Assembly (NCBI GenBank): GCA_951406725.2
Contig: OX597822.1
Location: 15,872,001 to 15,936,000 of the forward strand
Origin: Octopus vulgaris
Taxonomy: Eukaryota
Direction of reading: 5' to 3'
Length of the DNA: 64,000 bases
The position numbers and the translations under genes were made by a program. The notes beneath the pieces are model-generated. The model saw only the letters and a program-made list of their open reading frames with translations, was not told the DNA's origin and ran no database searches. Below are positions 39,220 to 52,862 of this stretch, piece by piece (within the stretch, counting starts at the first letter, position 1; every line of letters begins with the position of its first letter).

Positions 39220-42200
39220 TATGTTTTGTTGTTATTTATACCCATGCCTTACCCCATCCATCAGACTCAAGGTCAAATCCACTCAAATAAAAATAACGAG
39301 TGTAAAATAAAACCAAGCCTAATTTGAAATACGCACGATTGCAATTTAGTATCAAACTCCAAATACAGACTGCGATATCAAAACAAATTGGCCAAACTTA
39401 TCTCACAAGCTCAACTTCACAGACATAAAGACTAAAACTGTCAGGATGAAAAGATCCAGCGCGTATTTCTGAGAGAAAGCATACTGTAAACTTTCCAAGT
39501 AAATCTATAATGTCGCATGCGGTTTGAGGAAACAATTCCATTAGCTCAAATAATATTAAATGCTTCTTTTTGAAATATGTTTTAGCAACCTGTATCAACT
39601 GCCATTACGTAAACACTTCGACATTTTGATTTTGATAAATAACCAATGTTGTGGTGTCGGCAATTACCACCGTAAAATGTTATTTTCAGATAAATTAGTA
39701 ATGAAATGATTTTGTTATATTTTTAAAAATTTGATTGTTATCATATGTTCGAAATGCGTTTTATAAACTCCTGGCATTATAAATAATTTCGAAAATGTTT
39801 TTTTGTTTTTATTGTATACTTCTTACTGTTAAATACATGCAGGGATGATGCAAGAGTGTTGTCATCATGTTCTAGTAAGCTAACACCAGAACAATAATGG
39901 AAACGAAGGTGTTAATAAGAAATACTTTGGCAAAATCATCAAATATCAATAAATAACTAAATTATACAATTTTTTTTTCTTAAACAACTCTTTTATTTAC
40001 GATAAAATATTGCTTCACTAAATAATTAATTCCATCTTTCCTTCGGAAAAAAAAACCAGTCAAAACACGATTCATATTGTTGGTGAAAAAATTATTTACT
40101 TTTAATTATATTGATTTCATTGTTATGCAGAACTTTCAAAGGCTTTCATCTCTCACTTCGTATAATTATATAATAGAATGTCAAACGGTTGTATAATTCA
40201 ACATAGTAAAACGCCATTTGTAGTTGTATACAAAGTTATGTTGTCTCAGTAGTGTTCCAAAATATTTTTAAAAGAAGAAGAGCAGCAGATGGTGGGAGGT
40301 GAAGTGAATGAGATTCGTATTAGCTTGAGAGTCGAAGTCAGAGTTGAATCACTTACTGCTGGTGAGAAAGGGAGATAGAGAAACGGGTACAATAAAGAAT
40401 GAGAACTGCGTATTAAAGCGTTATATAGATAAGGGAGAAAAGAGTATGAGGAAATAATAAAGGGAAAATTGTGAAAACATGCAGAAAGAAGAGAAGACTA
40501 TCAAAAGTGGGAGAAAGAGAGGAGCGACGACTAAAGAGAGACAAGGAAACAGAGAGAGGATTGTAGAAGTGAGACGTAGAAAATGATGAGAGAGAATGGG
40601 ATGAGGGGAAATTTGTTTGAGCGACTTTGAGAATCATCTTTAATGAAGGAGGGGTGGATGAATAGACGAGAAGGGGTACGAAGTGTGGCCCTCGCTGCAT
40701 ATTTAGGTGTCTCGTTCCTTCATTTTATCTTTGAAACTCTATCTCGAAGTGTTTTATAACGTTTCTTACAAAAGAAAATACTGGCAGAACAATTTGGAGA
40801 TCTCTACAGAAACAGATATAAAGGCAACTTTATTTTATAAAGGATTTGTATTGCAGATTTAAGATTTTCTGTGTATGTATAGATGTATGTACAAGTATGT
40901 GTGTGTATGTGTGTGCGTGTTTTTAATGATAAGTGAAAAACATGGCAAATAATTGCAAAAGCAGTGATGTCACAAATAATTTTAAAATATTTTACAGGTT
41001 ATATGATGCAGTTTGAAAGAAAATGTTCAAATGTTGAAAGTAGAAAAATCATCATATAATAACGACTTTAATTAACTTCATTGACAGCTGGGCAAACAAG
41101 AAGAACACTTTCTTAGTTTTATATCAATCTTCGTAAAACATCAAACTTGAAGTAGAAAATGTAAAAATCAAAAATTATTTTAGTTATGCAAATACGATGC
41201 ATTTGAAAATTATATAAAAAAGCATTCCGTTAATTTGACAGTATGTTATCTGTTGATATGAAGTATTGCTATAAATATAAAATGAATATAACGTCGACGA
41301 CGACGATTTCAGGAATACCTAAAAAATATTCTGAGCCGTTTTACTCTTATTATTCCAGGGCAATGACCAACGTTAGATTTTTGATATTTTCGTTTGAATC
41401 ACTGGTAAATCTAAATCTGAATTAGATAAATCAAGTTCAGTTTTCCCTTAAACTAAATGGACAGTGTTATCGTCACACTTCTAACAAGCATCTACTCGAG
41501 AGGCTAGACAAATTAATCAAATGAATGCCGTTGATTGGCTATTGTTTAATAAGGGTACAACTAAGAATATGAACGAAGGGTGCTAACACTATAAATATTT
41601 ATTAGCGAACGTGTTATTAGACAATAGTTAAGACTTTTCTACGAGAAATGAGCAAAAAGATGAATCTTGTACATCAGCAGAAAACAGCAACTCACGAAAG
41701 TTATCTTGAGTTTGACAATAGTTTATCCCGTTGCTGTTGTTTATTAATAATGAATGACTTGTTTGGAATTTAGATGGAATACCAGTGTTTCACAGAAAAG
41801 CCCTTGATTACACAAGAATTCCAGAGGAGCAGTGTAATTTGGTTTGGCAGAATAGTTAGAACACCGAAAAATCTACGATCTGGAATTTCCTCCGGCTTTT
41901 TCTACATTCTGATTTCAAAGTCAGCCGAGATCAAATTTACTTTTAACTTTTCTTGTTGATTAAAATAAAGTATCAATCAAATACAATGCTGATCTATATT
42001 GTGAAAAAGAACCAAGCTGCTCTTTCAATAATCTCTCCCTTTATGGAAGAGTTCAGTATTTTCAATAACATTTTTTTTTCACAAAATAGTTTAAGGAACA
42101 GTTTCAGAGCAGTGTTGCTTCCTTTAGGTTTTAGTTTTGCGCTGTCGATATTAAGCGTTTTGGCACATTCGGTTTGTTTCAACAAAAAGTTTAACAATGG

Positions 42201-42296
42201 ATGCAAGGTAGAGTAAAATGTAAACTTTCATCTACGTACACATCTGTGTGAGAATGTGCTATGGCCACATACATAAATAGTGTGAGATATATATAA

Positions 42297-42327
<31 letters not shown>

Positions 42328-42335
<8 letters not shown>

Positions 42336-42406
42336 ATTGAGGTAATCAGATCAGATGGTTCATATTTGTAGATATTTATTTATATATTACATTATATTAC
42401 ATATAT

Positions 42407-42410
<4 letters not shown>
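42328..42410 (-). mobile_element. Solo ~65-bp copy of the 27099 palindrome arm end within (TA)n
   Basis: ttagaaaaattgaggtaatcagatcagatggttcatatttgtagatatttatttatatattacat identical to 27099-27163. Confidence 0.9.
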
Positions 42411-42440
<30 letters not shown>

Positions 42441-43553
42441 AATAGAGAGATAGATAGAGTTATGTTTACATACAAATATAAATTCTTATGTACATATACT
42501 TGTGTATATTATTATGTAAATATTCATATATTAATAGTGTATGCATGCATACCAATGCTCAAAAACATACACGCATGCGCACATACACACATATTCTGCT
42601 GTGATCATGTGTATTAATCACTTTGTGTATCTATTTATGGTTCTACATGATCATCGTTATATTTGAAACACCGCTTTCTTCAGAATGACAACACGAATTT
42701 AAAAATAATCCTGTTAACGGTGATTAATTCTACATTGAATATTCTATCGATACAGTTGGATCTGCGATGATGTATTATTCACATTATTCACCCTATAACC
42801 CCTAAAATTCGTGGTAAAATAACACTAAATATTTTAAATCATTAAATCGACATCCACTTCTCTTTATGTTTCTTTCCGATTATGAGAATACTGCAAAAAT
42901 TATCGACAGATGAATTGGAGAAGGTAATAGCGAAAATATGCAGAGGACAAGTAAACGAAAGAGCAAAGGAAAGGGAGTGGGAAGAGAGAGCGGGAAGGGA
43001 AGTGGGAAGAAAGTGGGGGAGAGGGGAGAGGAGTAAGCGTGAAGACAAAATAGATACCAATTAAGAGAAATAAAATAATCATTTTAGATTATAAGGTTAT
43101 TAACAAAGAAAACCTCACGCCTGTGTCTTGGACTTCAGTTTTTATAAATTTCTTTTAAATACAAATGTCCCCAGGGACTTTATCAATCAAAAAGCTATTA
43201 CTGCTCCCTACAGTGTGCAATATTCTTATGACAATGTTATTTAGTCCCTTCCTGGAAACTAAAAAGCAAACTAATTTTTACATTTGTAAACTCGAATTCT
43301 GTTTTAAGCGGATTTCTAAATGACTTAAAAAAGTTACGGCGAAATAAGGGAATAAAAACAACTGATACACAAAGGCAGGCAAATATATACGAATCTCTGT
43401 AAGTATTTTATGACTGCATATACGCAGAAATATACGTATGAAGAGCGAACTATGTAAACACATAAACGCACAAATAAGCATGCTCATAAACATTCTAGAA
43501 TTTTAAACTCAGTAACATCTTTATATACATACATACATACATACATATATACA

Positions 43554-43587
<34 letters not shown>

Positions 43588-46004
43588 CATACATACATAT
43601 ATATATGTATGTACTGAAAGAGAGAGAAAGAAAGAGGGAGAGAAGGAGATATATACACTCACAACCGTATAAGTGTCTCCATATGAAGAGATGCTTTGTG
43701 GATGCTTTGCATGGAGTTAGAAGAGTAATCTGTTTGGATCTGATAATTGCACAAATGCTTATTTAAAAACCATTCCAGGCATTCTGAAACGTTGCGAATG
43801 CATAAAGTATCTTATATCTGTTTAACTTTACTCCAGTCTCATGTGATTCCTTTGATTTCATTCCGATATTCTAATAAACCGCTTTGCTCTTTTGCAATAT
43901 AGTCTTCAGCCTACAACTGCCACATACTATCACAAATTCGATTCTCTTTACCTTTGTCTCAATAATATATACAATAACCTTCTCTCACTTTCTTTGTTAT
44001 TTCTCCAATATTCCCTTTTCCCTACGTTTTCTACGCATGTATTTTCCTACTCATATATTTTTTTTTAAACATATATTACAGACTTTCTCTACCTGTTTCA
44101 ATTTAGAATTTATATAACCAGATTATTTTGATGTAATTTAAATTTTCAAGTCAAAATTTATCCAAGTAATTGCAGAATGGCGCCGTACATTTTAAGCTGC
44201 GTCGCTTGATTACTACGAATGTGTTTTTTTCTCCTTTTTGCCATATGTTTTTATCAAACGAAAAAAAAAATTACAAATATGAATAATACGGTATATGATG
44301 TTTTTATCTTATCATAATTTCCCGAAGCCACACTTTATTTCGTTATCAATTCAAAGATGTTCAAATTATATATCCGAAAAAAACATGTTCAACAACACGG
44401 TTCTCTTTCTTATTCGATTATATTCAATTATTAGAAAAATATCTTCCTTTGGCAAAGAGTATAAAATATATATTTTGTAATTATTCAGAGGGGGATTTGC
44501 AATGTGGAACGGATGAGATACATCACAATTTTCAAATCGTCGCACACACATGATGTGCTTATATTTTTATTATTGGGTCTTTGAATAATAAGTAATGCAC
44601 ACAGCCGATTCAACTCTGCAACATCGGTAATTAAGACTAGTGACGTTAACGTTCGACATAAATTATTGTTTGTTGTACCCTGTAGAGGACACCTGTGTTG
44701 GGGAATTAGTGTACTGTCTTAGCGGATTGGTGGCTTAAGCACAACAGGGATAATCATATGAAGAGGAATGTCTGTGCTTTATCTTAGTGGAGATGGTACG
44801 AGAGCAGCTAGCTCAGAGGAGAATCAACCGGTATGATAGCGAATGGAATGGCAGAGAAAGGAGAAAGCAGGTATGTTGGCTGGAAGTTATTACATGCCTG
44901 TGATTGATGTTATGCCAAACAATCTGGATGCAGTGTAGGATATCAGTCCAAGCATCAGCAACAACCCTCCACATGAATGTAAACTCAATTGTGGAGGCTG
45001 AAATATTTTCCGTCTCTCATGAGAAATGGTTCACTTTGGAATATGATCCTAACTGCATTAAGGCTCTACTTTCGCTCTGTGAAATTCTGTTCTAGTTTAT
45101 TAACGGTACCAGTAATAAAATGTATGATTATTATTATTAATATTAACTTTGACATTCTGGAGATATTTTCTCCAGTATGACATCATTTCACCTTATTAAA
45201 TGCAAGAAATCGTTTTTAGCTAAAAACATCATATGATTAATTAGGATGAAATCGTTGATTAACAAAACTTCCCATTGGCAGAAAGATGTCCCTTCACCTC
45301 ACCTTGACATTTCTATTGATATTACAATTACATCTGCTCCTTGTCGCTGAGTGGTTGGATGGTTGGCTGGTTAGATGGAGAGCTGGTGGGCGGCTTGACT
45401 GGCTAATTGGTTGGTTGGTCGCTTGCTATCTCCAGTTAAATGCAACCGACTCTCTCATTTTTCTCATCTCTCGTAACCACTCTTATATCTACCTTTTCCG
45501 AATGCACACCCAACTATTTTCCCAATGCTACCTCCATTGTAAGTTACCTGGAATGTTTTAAAGTTACTTATTTTGCAGTTTTCTAGAACATCAACAGAAT
45601 TTCTCTCAATCGACTCTGAATGACTGAAAATTCCGTGTACACAAATCCTTACCAAACATTAAAAATTTTGTTGTTTTTTTAAAAATACAATGTAAACATG
45701 CTGTGATCGGTCTCTCAGTAGCTGCAAAAGCCACACTTTCAAAATCATCGATCGAAAAGGAGAAGCTTGGCTTTAAATGCAAATGGAAATCGTTTTAATA
45801 AGACTGTAAGTGAGTGGTTTAAATTTTGATAGCTTTACCAAGATTTTGCATTTGAGCCACACCGAATAGCAGAATAAAACAGTCACGGAGACGATGATGA
45901 AAGATGTTAATTTTGCGTATCATGGCTGCTTTCTTGTTTGCTTTATTAGATAGTTGATATACTTTGATCCTCTTTTATACGAAACAATATGAAATAAAGA
46001 ATAT

Positions 46005-46849
46005 GACGTAATATTCAGAATATTGCCATGGTAACGAAGCTAAAGCATGCAGACTATGGTCACTTTTCAAAGATTGACCTTGAACTCCGTTGTGTACCTT
46101 TCAATGACCTAGCTTCCTTCCACTTTTTACAGCAATGCTTGGAAAGAATCGGTGTAACGTGTGATCGTTGCATTGACCATGGCCGAGAAAGATTTCATGG
46201 CGATACTGCCTCAGAGGCCTATGCAAAGTTGCAGAAATTGTATGGATGGAATAGTCGGAGCCGCACGCATGTGTACGAGTGGTTTAGATGTTTCGAAGAT
46301 GGCCGAAAAATGTCGATACAACCAGTAGAATTGAGAAAAACATCACAGATGTGCGTGCAGCTGTGAAGAGGAATCGTCGAATCACCACCCTTGAGTTATC
46401 AGAGGATGTACAAATTAGTTACTGTTCAGTTCATTATCACTGAAGATTGGGGTACGGGACGCGTGTCTGCCAAGTTTGGGCCCAAAGTGCTTTCAGCTGT
46501 CCAGAAAGACACTCGGGTTTCAGTTGCACAAGATCTCTTTGCTTGTGTCGAGAACGATAAAAACTTTTTCAAAACTTTGTGTAGGCCTCTGAGTAGTTAG
46601 CACCAAGAGTTTGGCAAAATTTTATGCAGATTCTGTGCTCAACTTTCTCCTTCGTGTTCAATGCGACGATCACACTCTACATACCTTCCTTCTAAGCACT
46701 GCCGTAAATATGAAAACTGAGCCAGATCGTTAAAAATTTGTGCGCATGCATAACAAAGTTCAAAGTCAATCTGTGCAAACTGGCTTTACTCTGAATACAT
46801 TACATTCGTTACTATGACAACAGTCTGGATACTTATTGACCAGACCACG
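46005..46849 (+). mobile_element. Non-autonomous mariner derivative with long inverted arms, copy 1
   Basis: VYEWFRCF, RVSAKFGPK, no catalytic domain; collinear with 52863-53722. Confidence 0.85.
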
Positions 46850-46904
46850 GAGATGATAACACTGCTAATCAGTTGAGATCAGAAGCCATGAATTATTATT
46901 CAGT

Positions 46905-47945
46905 GGTCTTATTTTTACGCCGTGCTCTCACTGTGTGTGACTTGAGTATGCGCTGTGGTTTGTTGTGGCGCTCTTATTTTTACTGTACTGAAAGTGCTTT
47001 ACGTAAGATATGCGAGGCGCCTAGAAGTGTTACTTTCTATATGATATACATTCGTAAGTCCTGGTGTTTTGGTTATGAGTTTGTCTGAATGTCTTTTTAA
47101 TCATACCTAATGCCCCTATTATTGCAGGGACTATTTCTGTTTCTAGGCTCCGTATTCGAATCCCCCCTATTTCCACATCTTTGCTTGTTGATAGTTTTTC
47201 GGTTTCTTTTAGAGATACATTGTCATCAGTTGGTATTGATACATTGATTATCAGGCATTCTTTTTCTTGGTGATCTCTGATAACTATATCTAGTCTATCA
47301 ACTTTGGTTTCCCTATCTGTGTGCATTGGCACATCCCAGAGTATGATTGCTTTTTCATTTTCTGAGACCTTTTCAAGGGTGTGTTTATATCTATTGTTTT
47401 TGTCATTTCATAGTGGTTGAATAACTCCCAGTGTACATAGGTCCCAACTCTGTCATATCTGTGGATATATTCCTTTCGCCATGATTGATCGCTAGCCACT
47501 AAACCTTTTCTATTTTCTGTCCCTGTTGATTTCTCTGTTCCTTTCTGTCAAAGAGCGTAGGCTCAAAACAAAAAAGACCTTCTCACTTCCCGAGCGTTAA
47601 ACTAATGCATCTGTTTGTTGTTTACAGGCCCGTCTTCGTCTTTTGTTTTGTTTTCCATTTTGTTAATTCTCACGATATATTCCTTCTTAGCCAGGACTGG
47701 GCAGCCAGAAACAACATGATTTAATTTTTCTTCCTCATCACCACATATGTTGCAGTTACTTGTATTGTTTTTCATTGTGCGTTTTTCCTGATGGGAAAGC
47801 TTTGATCATGTGCTGCAATTAAAAGTCCTTTCAGTCTCAGCTTTGAGTCCTGAGCTTTTCAGCCATTGTTGGGATTTTACCTTGTCTATTTCTCTTTCTG
47901 TTTAGCTTAGCCTAACATTTGCTATGTAAGGGCCTTTTCATGCCA
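46905..47945 (-). mobile_element. R4/Dong-like LINE 3' fragment interrupted at 47476-47673
   Basis: WLKSSGLKAETE, CPVLAKKEYIHRYD, WDVPMHTDRETKVDRLDIVI, IIGALG. Confidence 0.85.
47476..47673 (+). mobile_element. Hammerhead-element copy with 12-bp TSD GATATATTCCTT
   Basis: TSD at 47464-47475 and 47674-47685; degenerate motif CTTT CTGTCAA A GAGC GTAG GCTC AAAA at 47541-47576. Confidence 0.8.
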
Positions 47946-47964
47946 TCGCTTCATCACGATACTT

Positions 47965-48077
47965 TGGTGGTGGTGGTAGAAGTAGTAGTATTAGCAGCTG
48001 CAACAACAGCAGTAGTAGCAGCAGCAGTAGCGGTCATGGTGGTGGTGGTGGTGGTGGTAGTAGTAGTAGTAGTAGTT

Positions 48078-48118
<41 letters not shown>

Positions 48119-48160
48119 TGTAGTAGTAGCACCAGTAGCAGTAGTAGCAGTAGCAGCTGC
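47965..48160. repeat. (GTG)/(GTA)/(GCA) trinucleotide block
   Basis: Direct reading. Confidence 0.95.
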
Positions 48161-48922
48161 GGTATCAGTGTTAATTGTTGTCAGTTTTAATCACTCTCCA
48201 GCCTCTTTGTATTGAATCAAAGTGAGAAGCCGAGACAACATTTAAAGGCCTTTATTACTTTTAAAGCAACGACAAGAAACGTCGCTCTTATTAGTTATCA
48301 TAAGTAATGCTTCTTCATCAATGAGAAATTATGGATTATTTCTCTCGTCATTTGACTCGCCTGCCAACATCCATTTCATCTCTTGCTGTTATCTTATACA
48401 GATTCTAACCTTTACATCAATTCCTTATTAATTATCCACTCAACTGGAAATTTCACATGGCAAGTTAGATTTAATCTTCATTAATTGGAAACGTTTAATC
48501 ACACTTTATTTAGCAGTTATGCTGATTGCATGAGCAAGTGATGATAACCACAGCCATTTTCACGCATAACTGACTCATCGGTGTTTGGAATCGAGTCGTA
48601 CAGTTATGCAGCTTAGCTAATAGTCGATAGCATTCATGTTTGTATAGATTTTTTCACAGCGAATGACGCACGAAATAAACGCATGAAGCCAACGACTTTA
48701 TTGCTGCTGTGCATACGATTGGTACAATTGCCTTTTCTTGATAATTAGCAATCATTTTGGTGAAACAATTCTGCATAAATGAAATCACAATGTCTCCATC
48801 TCGCTCTTTCGGATGTGCGCATATATTTATATTTTACTTGTCCCAGTGTTGTCGAACGAATTGACCCTCTCTTTATTGTTTAATTCTAGAATCTATTGTA
48901 TTTAAGTTTAGTGTTTATTTCT

Positions 48923-49252
48923 GGAAGGCACTCGCCACAGTGTTTAGAGCGTCGAAGTTACGACCGTGAGGTTGTGAGTTCGAATCCCAGACCGGGTTGC
49001 GTGTTTTTTTCTTCACGTTGTGTTCTTCACGTTGCTCCAGTTCGCTCAGCTGTTGAAATGAGTTGCGACGTCACTGGTGCCAAGTTGTATCGACCTTTGC
49101 CTTTCCCTTGGACAACATCGGTGCCGCGGAGAGGAGAGGCAGGTATGCATGGGTGACCGCTGGTCTTCCATAAACAACCTAACCCGGACTTGTGCCTCGG
49201 AGAGTAACTTTCTAGGTGCAATCCCATGGTCAGTCATGACCGAAGTGGGTAT
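48923..49252 (+). mobile_element. SINE family B copy
   Basis: Collinear with 18321-18635; B-box GTTCGAATC. Confidence 0.85.
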
Positions 49253-49294
49253 CCAAGTATTTATGCTATCTGTCACTGTTTTCTGAACCGCTAT

Positions 49295-49337
<43 letters not shown>

Positions 49338-50006
49338 TATCCATATGCTCGCAAGTGACCAATTGTATGCGCATTTATAATATTTCTCAATGCCTCACAA
49401 TATCAGAGAAAATATCGTATCTTACGAATTTGCTATGCGACAATACATTTTGAAACATTTCCATATAAAACGAATAAATTATATTCTCTTCTGATACTAA
49501 TTACAGAAACACGACTACTTGCAGTGGAGAAATATTAGGTTTGTTTAAAAACTATTTTAAATAAAAGTGTCACTGGTTCAACATCTTTATTAGGGATATT
49601 CAAGTTTTTTAGCATGCCACTTAAATATAAAATCGTGTTGGGAAACGTCCATCATTATCTCCAATTTTCCTGTTCCTATCAGCAAAATGTCATACTGTTA
49701 AATATGAGGAATTGAGGAAGGAATAACTGAAGCATTCTCATAGAAACGGTGCTTTTTTCTTTTACTTTTGCTTTTTTTTTTTCAAAGAGTATTCTATGAA
49801 AATATTGACATTTCTGTATTTCCGAAAGTTATTGTTTTCTCAGAAATTATAGTTTAATTGCTGCACATATTTAAATAGTAATCAACTTTGATAAATCAAC
49901 CACATCGATATTTTCAACGAAGCATCTTTGAATGTAAACTTTCATGGGAAGCCTTGAACATGTTGCTTGAAGGAAAGTTAATACGTTTAATTACAGAAAC
50001 GATAAA

Positions 50007-50240
50007 GGGCGGTGAGCTGGCAGAATCGTTAGCACGCCGGGCGAAATGTTTAGCGGTATTTCGTCTGCTGTTACGTTCTGAGTTCGAATTCCGCCGAGGT
50101 CAACTTTGCCTTTCATCCTTTCGGGGTCGATTAAATAAGTACCATTTACACACTGGGGTCAATATAACCGACTTAATCCGTCTGTCTGTCCTTGTTTGTC
50201 CCCTCTATGTTTAGCCCCTTCTGGGTAGTAGGGAAATAGA
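50007..50240 (+). mobile_element. SINE family C monomer with tail 1
   Basis: ggcggtgagctggcagaatcgttagc ... gtttagccccttctgggtagtagggaaatag. Confidence 0.85.
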
Positions 50241-50309
50241 TATTCTATCCTCATAGGTATATTTATTTGAAATGAATAAGTTATACATGCACAGGTGTCG
50301 GCGTAGGTG

Positions 50310-50432
50310 TGCGGATAAGCGCAGGTTCATTGGTAGGAAGTTTGCTTCCAAACCACGTGGTTTCGGGTTCAGTTCCCCTGCAGGGAACCTTGGGCACTTC
50401 TCGTCTACAATATCCTCTGGGCGATCAAGCCG
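50310..50432 (+). mobile_element. SINE family A 5' fragment
   Basis: tggtaggaagtttgcttc..gggttcagttccc..ccttgggca. Confidence 0.65.
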
Positions 50433-50882
50433 TGTAAGAATAAAAATAAAAATACAATTAAAAGTTTAATTTATTCATTGCCATACTGATCAGGAAAGAA
50501 TCTTTTGAAGGAGATCAAAGAAGTTTAATAAGATGAAGTAAAATGAGATAAAAAATGAACAGAGATGGGGCAATAAGGGGAATCTGTTAATTTACAAACC
50601 AAGTTGTGAACGGAAAAATAATAATATCAACAATAATAATGGTGAGTGAAACGAAAAATAAAAATATATGAATGTGTATGCAAGTATATATGTACAATGA
50701 AACTATACCATAAGAATCCAACGGATGTGTTTAAAATAATAATAATAATAAACATCACTCTAGACGAAATACAGTGTAAACAAGGCCACTTGTGTCTATT
50801 AGAGTACGATGTAACAATTTCACTAGCATAAGAAAGCCATAGAGGGTTATACGTATACATAATTTTATTATTGTAAAACGAG

Positions 50883-50939
<57 letters not shown>

Positions 50940-51259
50940 TACCAGACGCTTAAAGCTGATGAACAAGACTATGTTTGAGTGTGAAAGCAGAGAGAAAACC
51001 AAAGAGTTTTACTCAGAGAGAGGCGGCCATCAAAGACAGCGTAGGCCTGTGTGTTCAGCAGAATATCTCCGCTCAAAAAATTGGCCAGTGGTAGGGGAAG
51101 CAATTGAAAGATAAGAAACAAAGACGAATATATGAAGGAGAAAAATATATATTCATTAATTCACAAGTAACAGAGAGAAAAAACCCGTATACACATAACA
51201 CAAGGAATATACATTCAAACATAGGCACATACATAGATACACAACACACACACACACAC

Positions 51260-51338
<79 letters not shown>

Positions 51339-51359
51339 GTATTCCGTATATATATACAT

Positions 51360-51392
<33 letters not shown>

Positions 51393-51529
51393 ATATATCT
51401 TTATATACTTCATCTTATTAAACTTTTTTGATGTCCCTCAAAAGATTCTTCACTGATGAGAATGATAATACATTAATTAAATTTTTAATTTTACTTTTAT
51501 TTTTATTGTAATTTTTTCATTGTTTATTT

Positions 51530-51725
51530 TCAATTTGTCTTTATTTGTCCCCACAACAGCTTGACAACCCGTGTCTGCGTGTTTACATCCCTGTAACTCT
51601 GTGAGAGACCGATATAATACGTACCAGCCTTTAAAAAAGTACGTAATCAGCCCGCGCTTATCTGCACTAAAATTCTTCAGGGCGGTGCCCAGCATGGTCG
51701 AGGACTGAAACAACAACAACAACAG
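51530..51725 (+). mobile_element. SINE family A 3' fragment
   Basis: tttgtcccc..gcttgacaacc..ggcggtgcccagcatgg..gactgaaacaa. Confidence 0.7.
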
Positions 51726-52479
51726 CAAAGGAAGAATGAAGATGATAATGATGATAATAATATTATAAATGAATATATAAATCAATAAAAAAAACCAACG
51801 ACCGAACGAGGGTTGTTTTTGCTCACAAAATCATTTAAGAGTGTTTGCATGTCCACACGTCTTATGATTGGTACGTATGTGGTTCCCGAGAGTTGAAGAA
51901 ACGTTCTTGTTTGAAGTAACATGAAGCTATATTCTTAGAATAGCATTCTTAAGGAAGTATTCTCACTGGAGAATGCAGCTGATCGGAAAAATAATAGTCT
52001 TATTGTCCCCTTGTCTCATACGAATTTACAAAGGTTAACATCAACACATATAGAACTAGTTATATTCAATAGCACTCCGCTAAGGGCTGTAATTGTACGA
52101 CGATAGGAAAATGCAAATCTGATACTGAATCACAGATTTAAACTCATTTTGACGTGTTGACAGATGAAAAAACGCTTGACTTTAGTGACATTTAAAAGGG
52201 AATAGACTGATTGCCAAATGAAAATCTCGTCAGAAATGACAACTGAGTCTTTAAAGGATACGGCACAAGTCGCTTTCAATTCCAGTTTTTGTGTTGATGC
52301 GCATATGCGATTGTCATAAAAGACAAATTGTCTATAATCATAGCATGGATTAAAAGATTTAGCTACACCATTTTTATACTATGAAAGAGAGCATACATTC
52401 ATCTGTGTGCACAGAGCCATCAGGCATACACGCACCCATACTTCCTATACGTTACGAAGGTATCATTACGTGCATTATA

Positions 52480-52715
52480 TGTTGGCGCGTGAGCTAGTGG
52501 TTCGATTCCAGGAGTGGGCGGTGCGTTTTAATCTTGGGCCAAACACTTTACTTTATGTGGTTCCAGTCTATTTAACCGTAAATAGATAGCCTTCATCGGA
52601 ATAGCCTTCCGATCATGGGGAATGTTAGCCTACTCGCCTAACTCAAAGGGTAAAACAATGAAAAGCGCATTTTGACCAGCGATGTATAACAACATCCGAT
52701 AATCTGGTCGATACA
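52480..52715 (+). mobile_element. Decayed SINE-like element (other family)
   Basis: B-box GGTTCGATTCC followed by a cttggg..acactt core; single copy in the window. Confidence 0.4.
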
Positions 52716-52767
52716 GCGTTACCATGATATATACGTATACACACAGACATATATACATACACACACA

Positions 52768-52808
<41 letters not shown>

Positions 52809-52862
52809 GTGTGTGTGTGTACGCATGTATTCCTAAATATGTTCATATTATAAATGTATATA

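Noticed and set aside
40260-40690. Purine-rich tract with a minus-strand ORF
   Set aside because: Low-complexity GA-rich DNA.
50953-50992. Hammerhead candidate CTGATGA-ACA..TGT-GAAA beside (TA)n
   Set aside because: No NUH triplet or stem I partner downstream.
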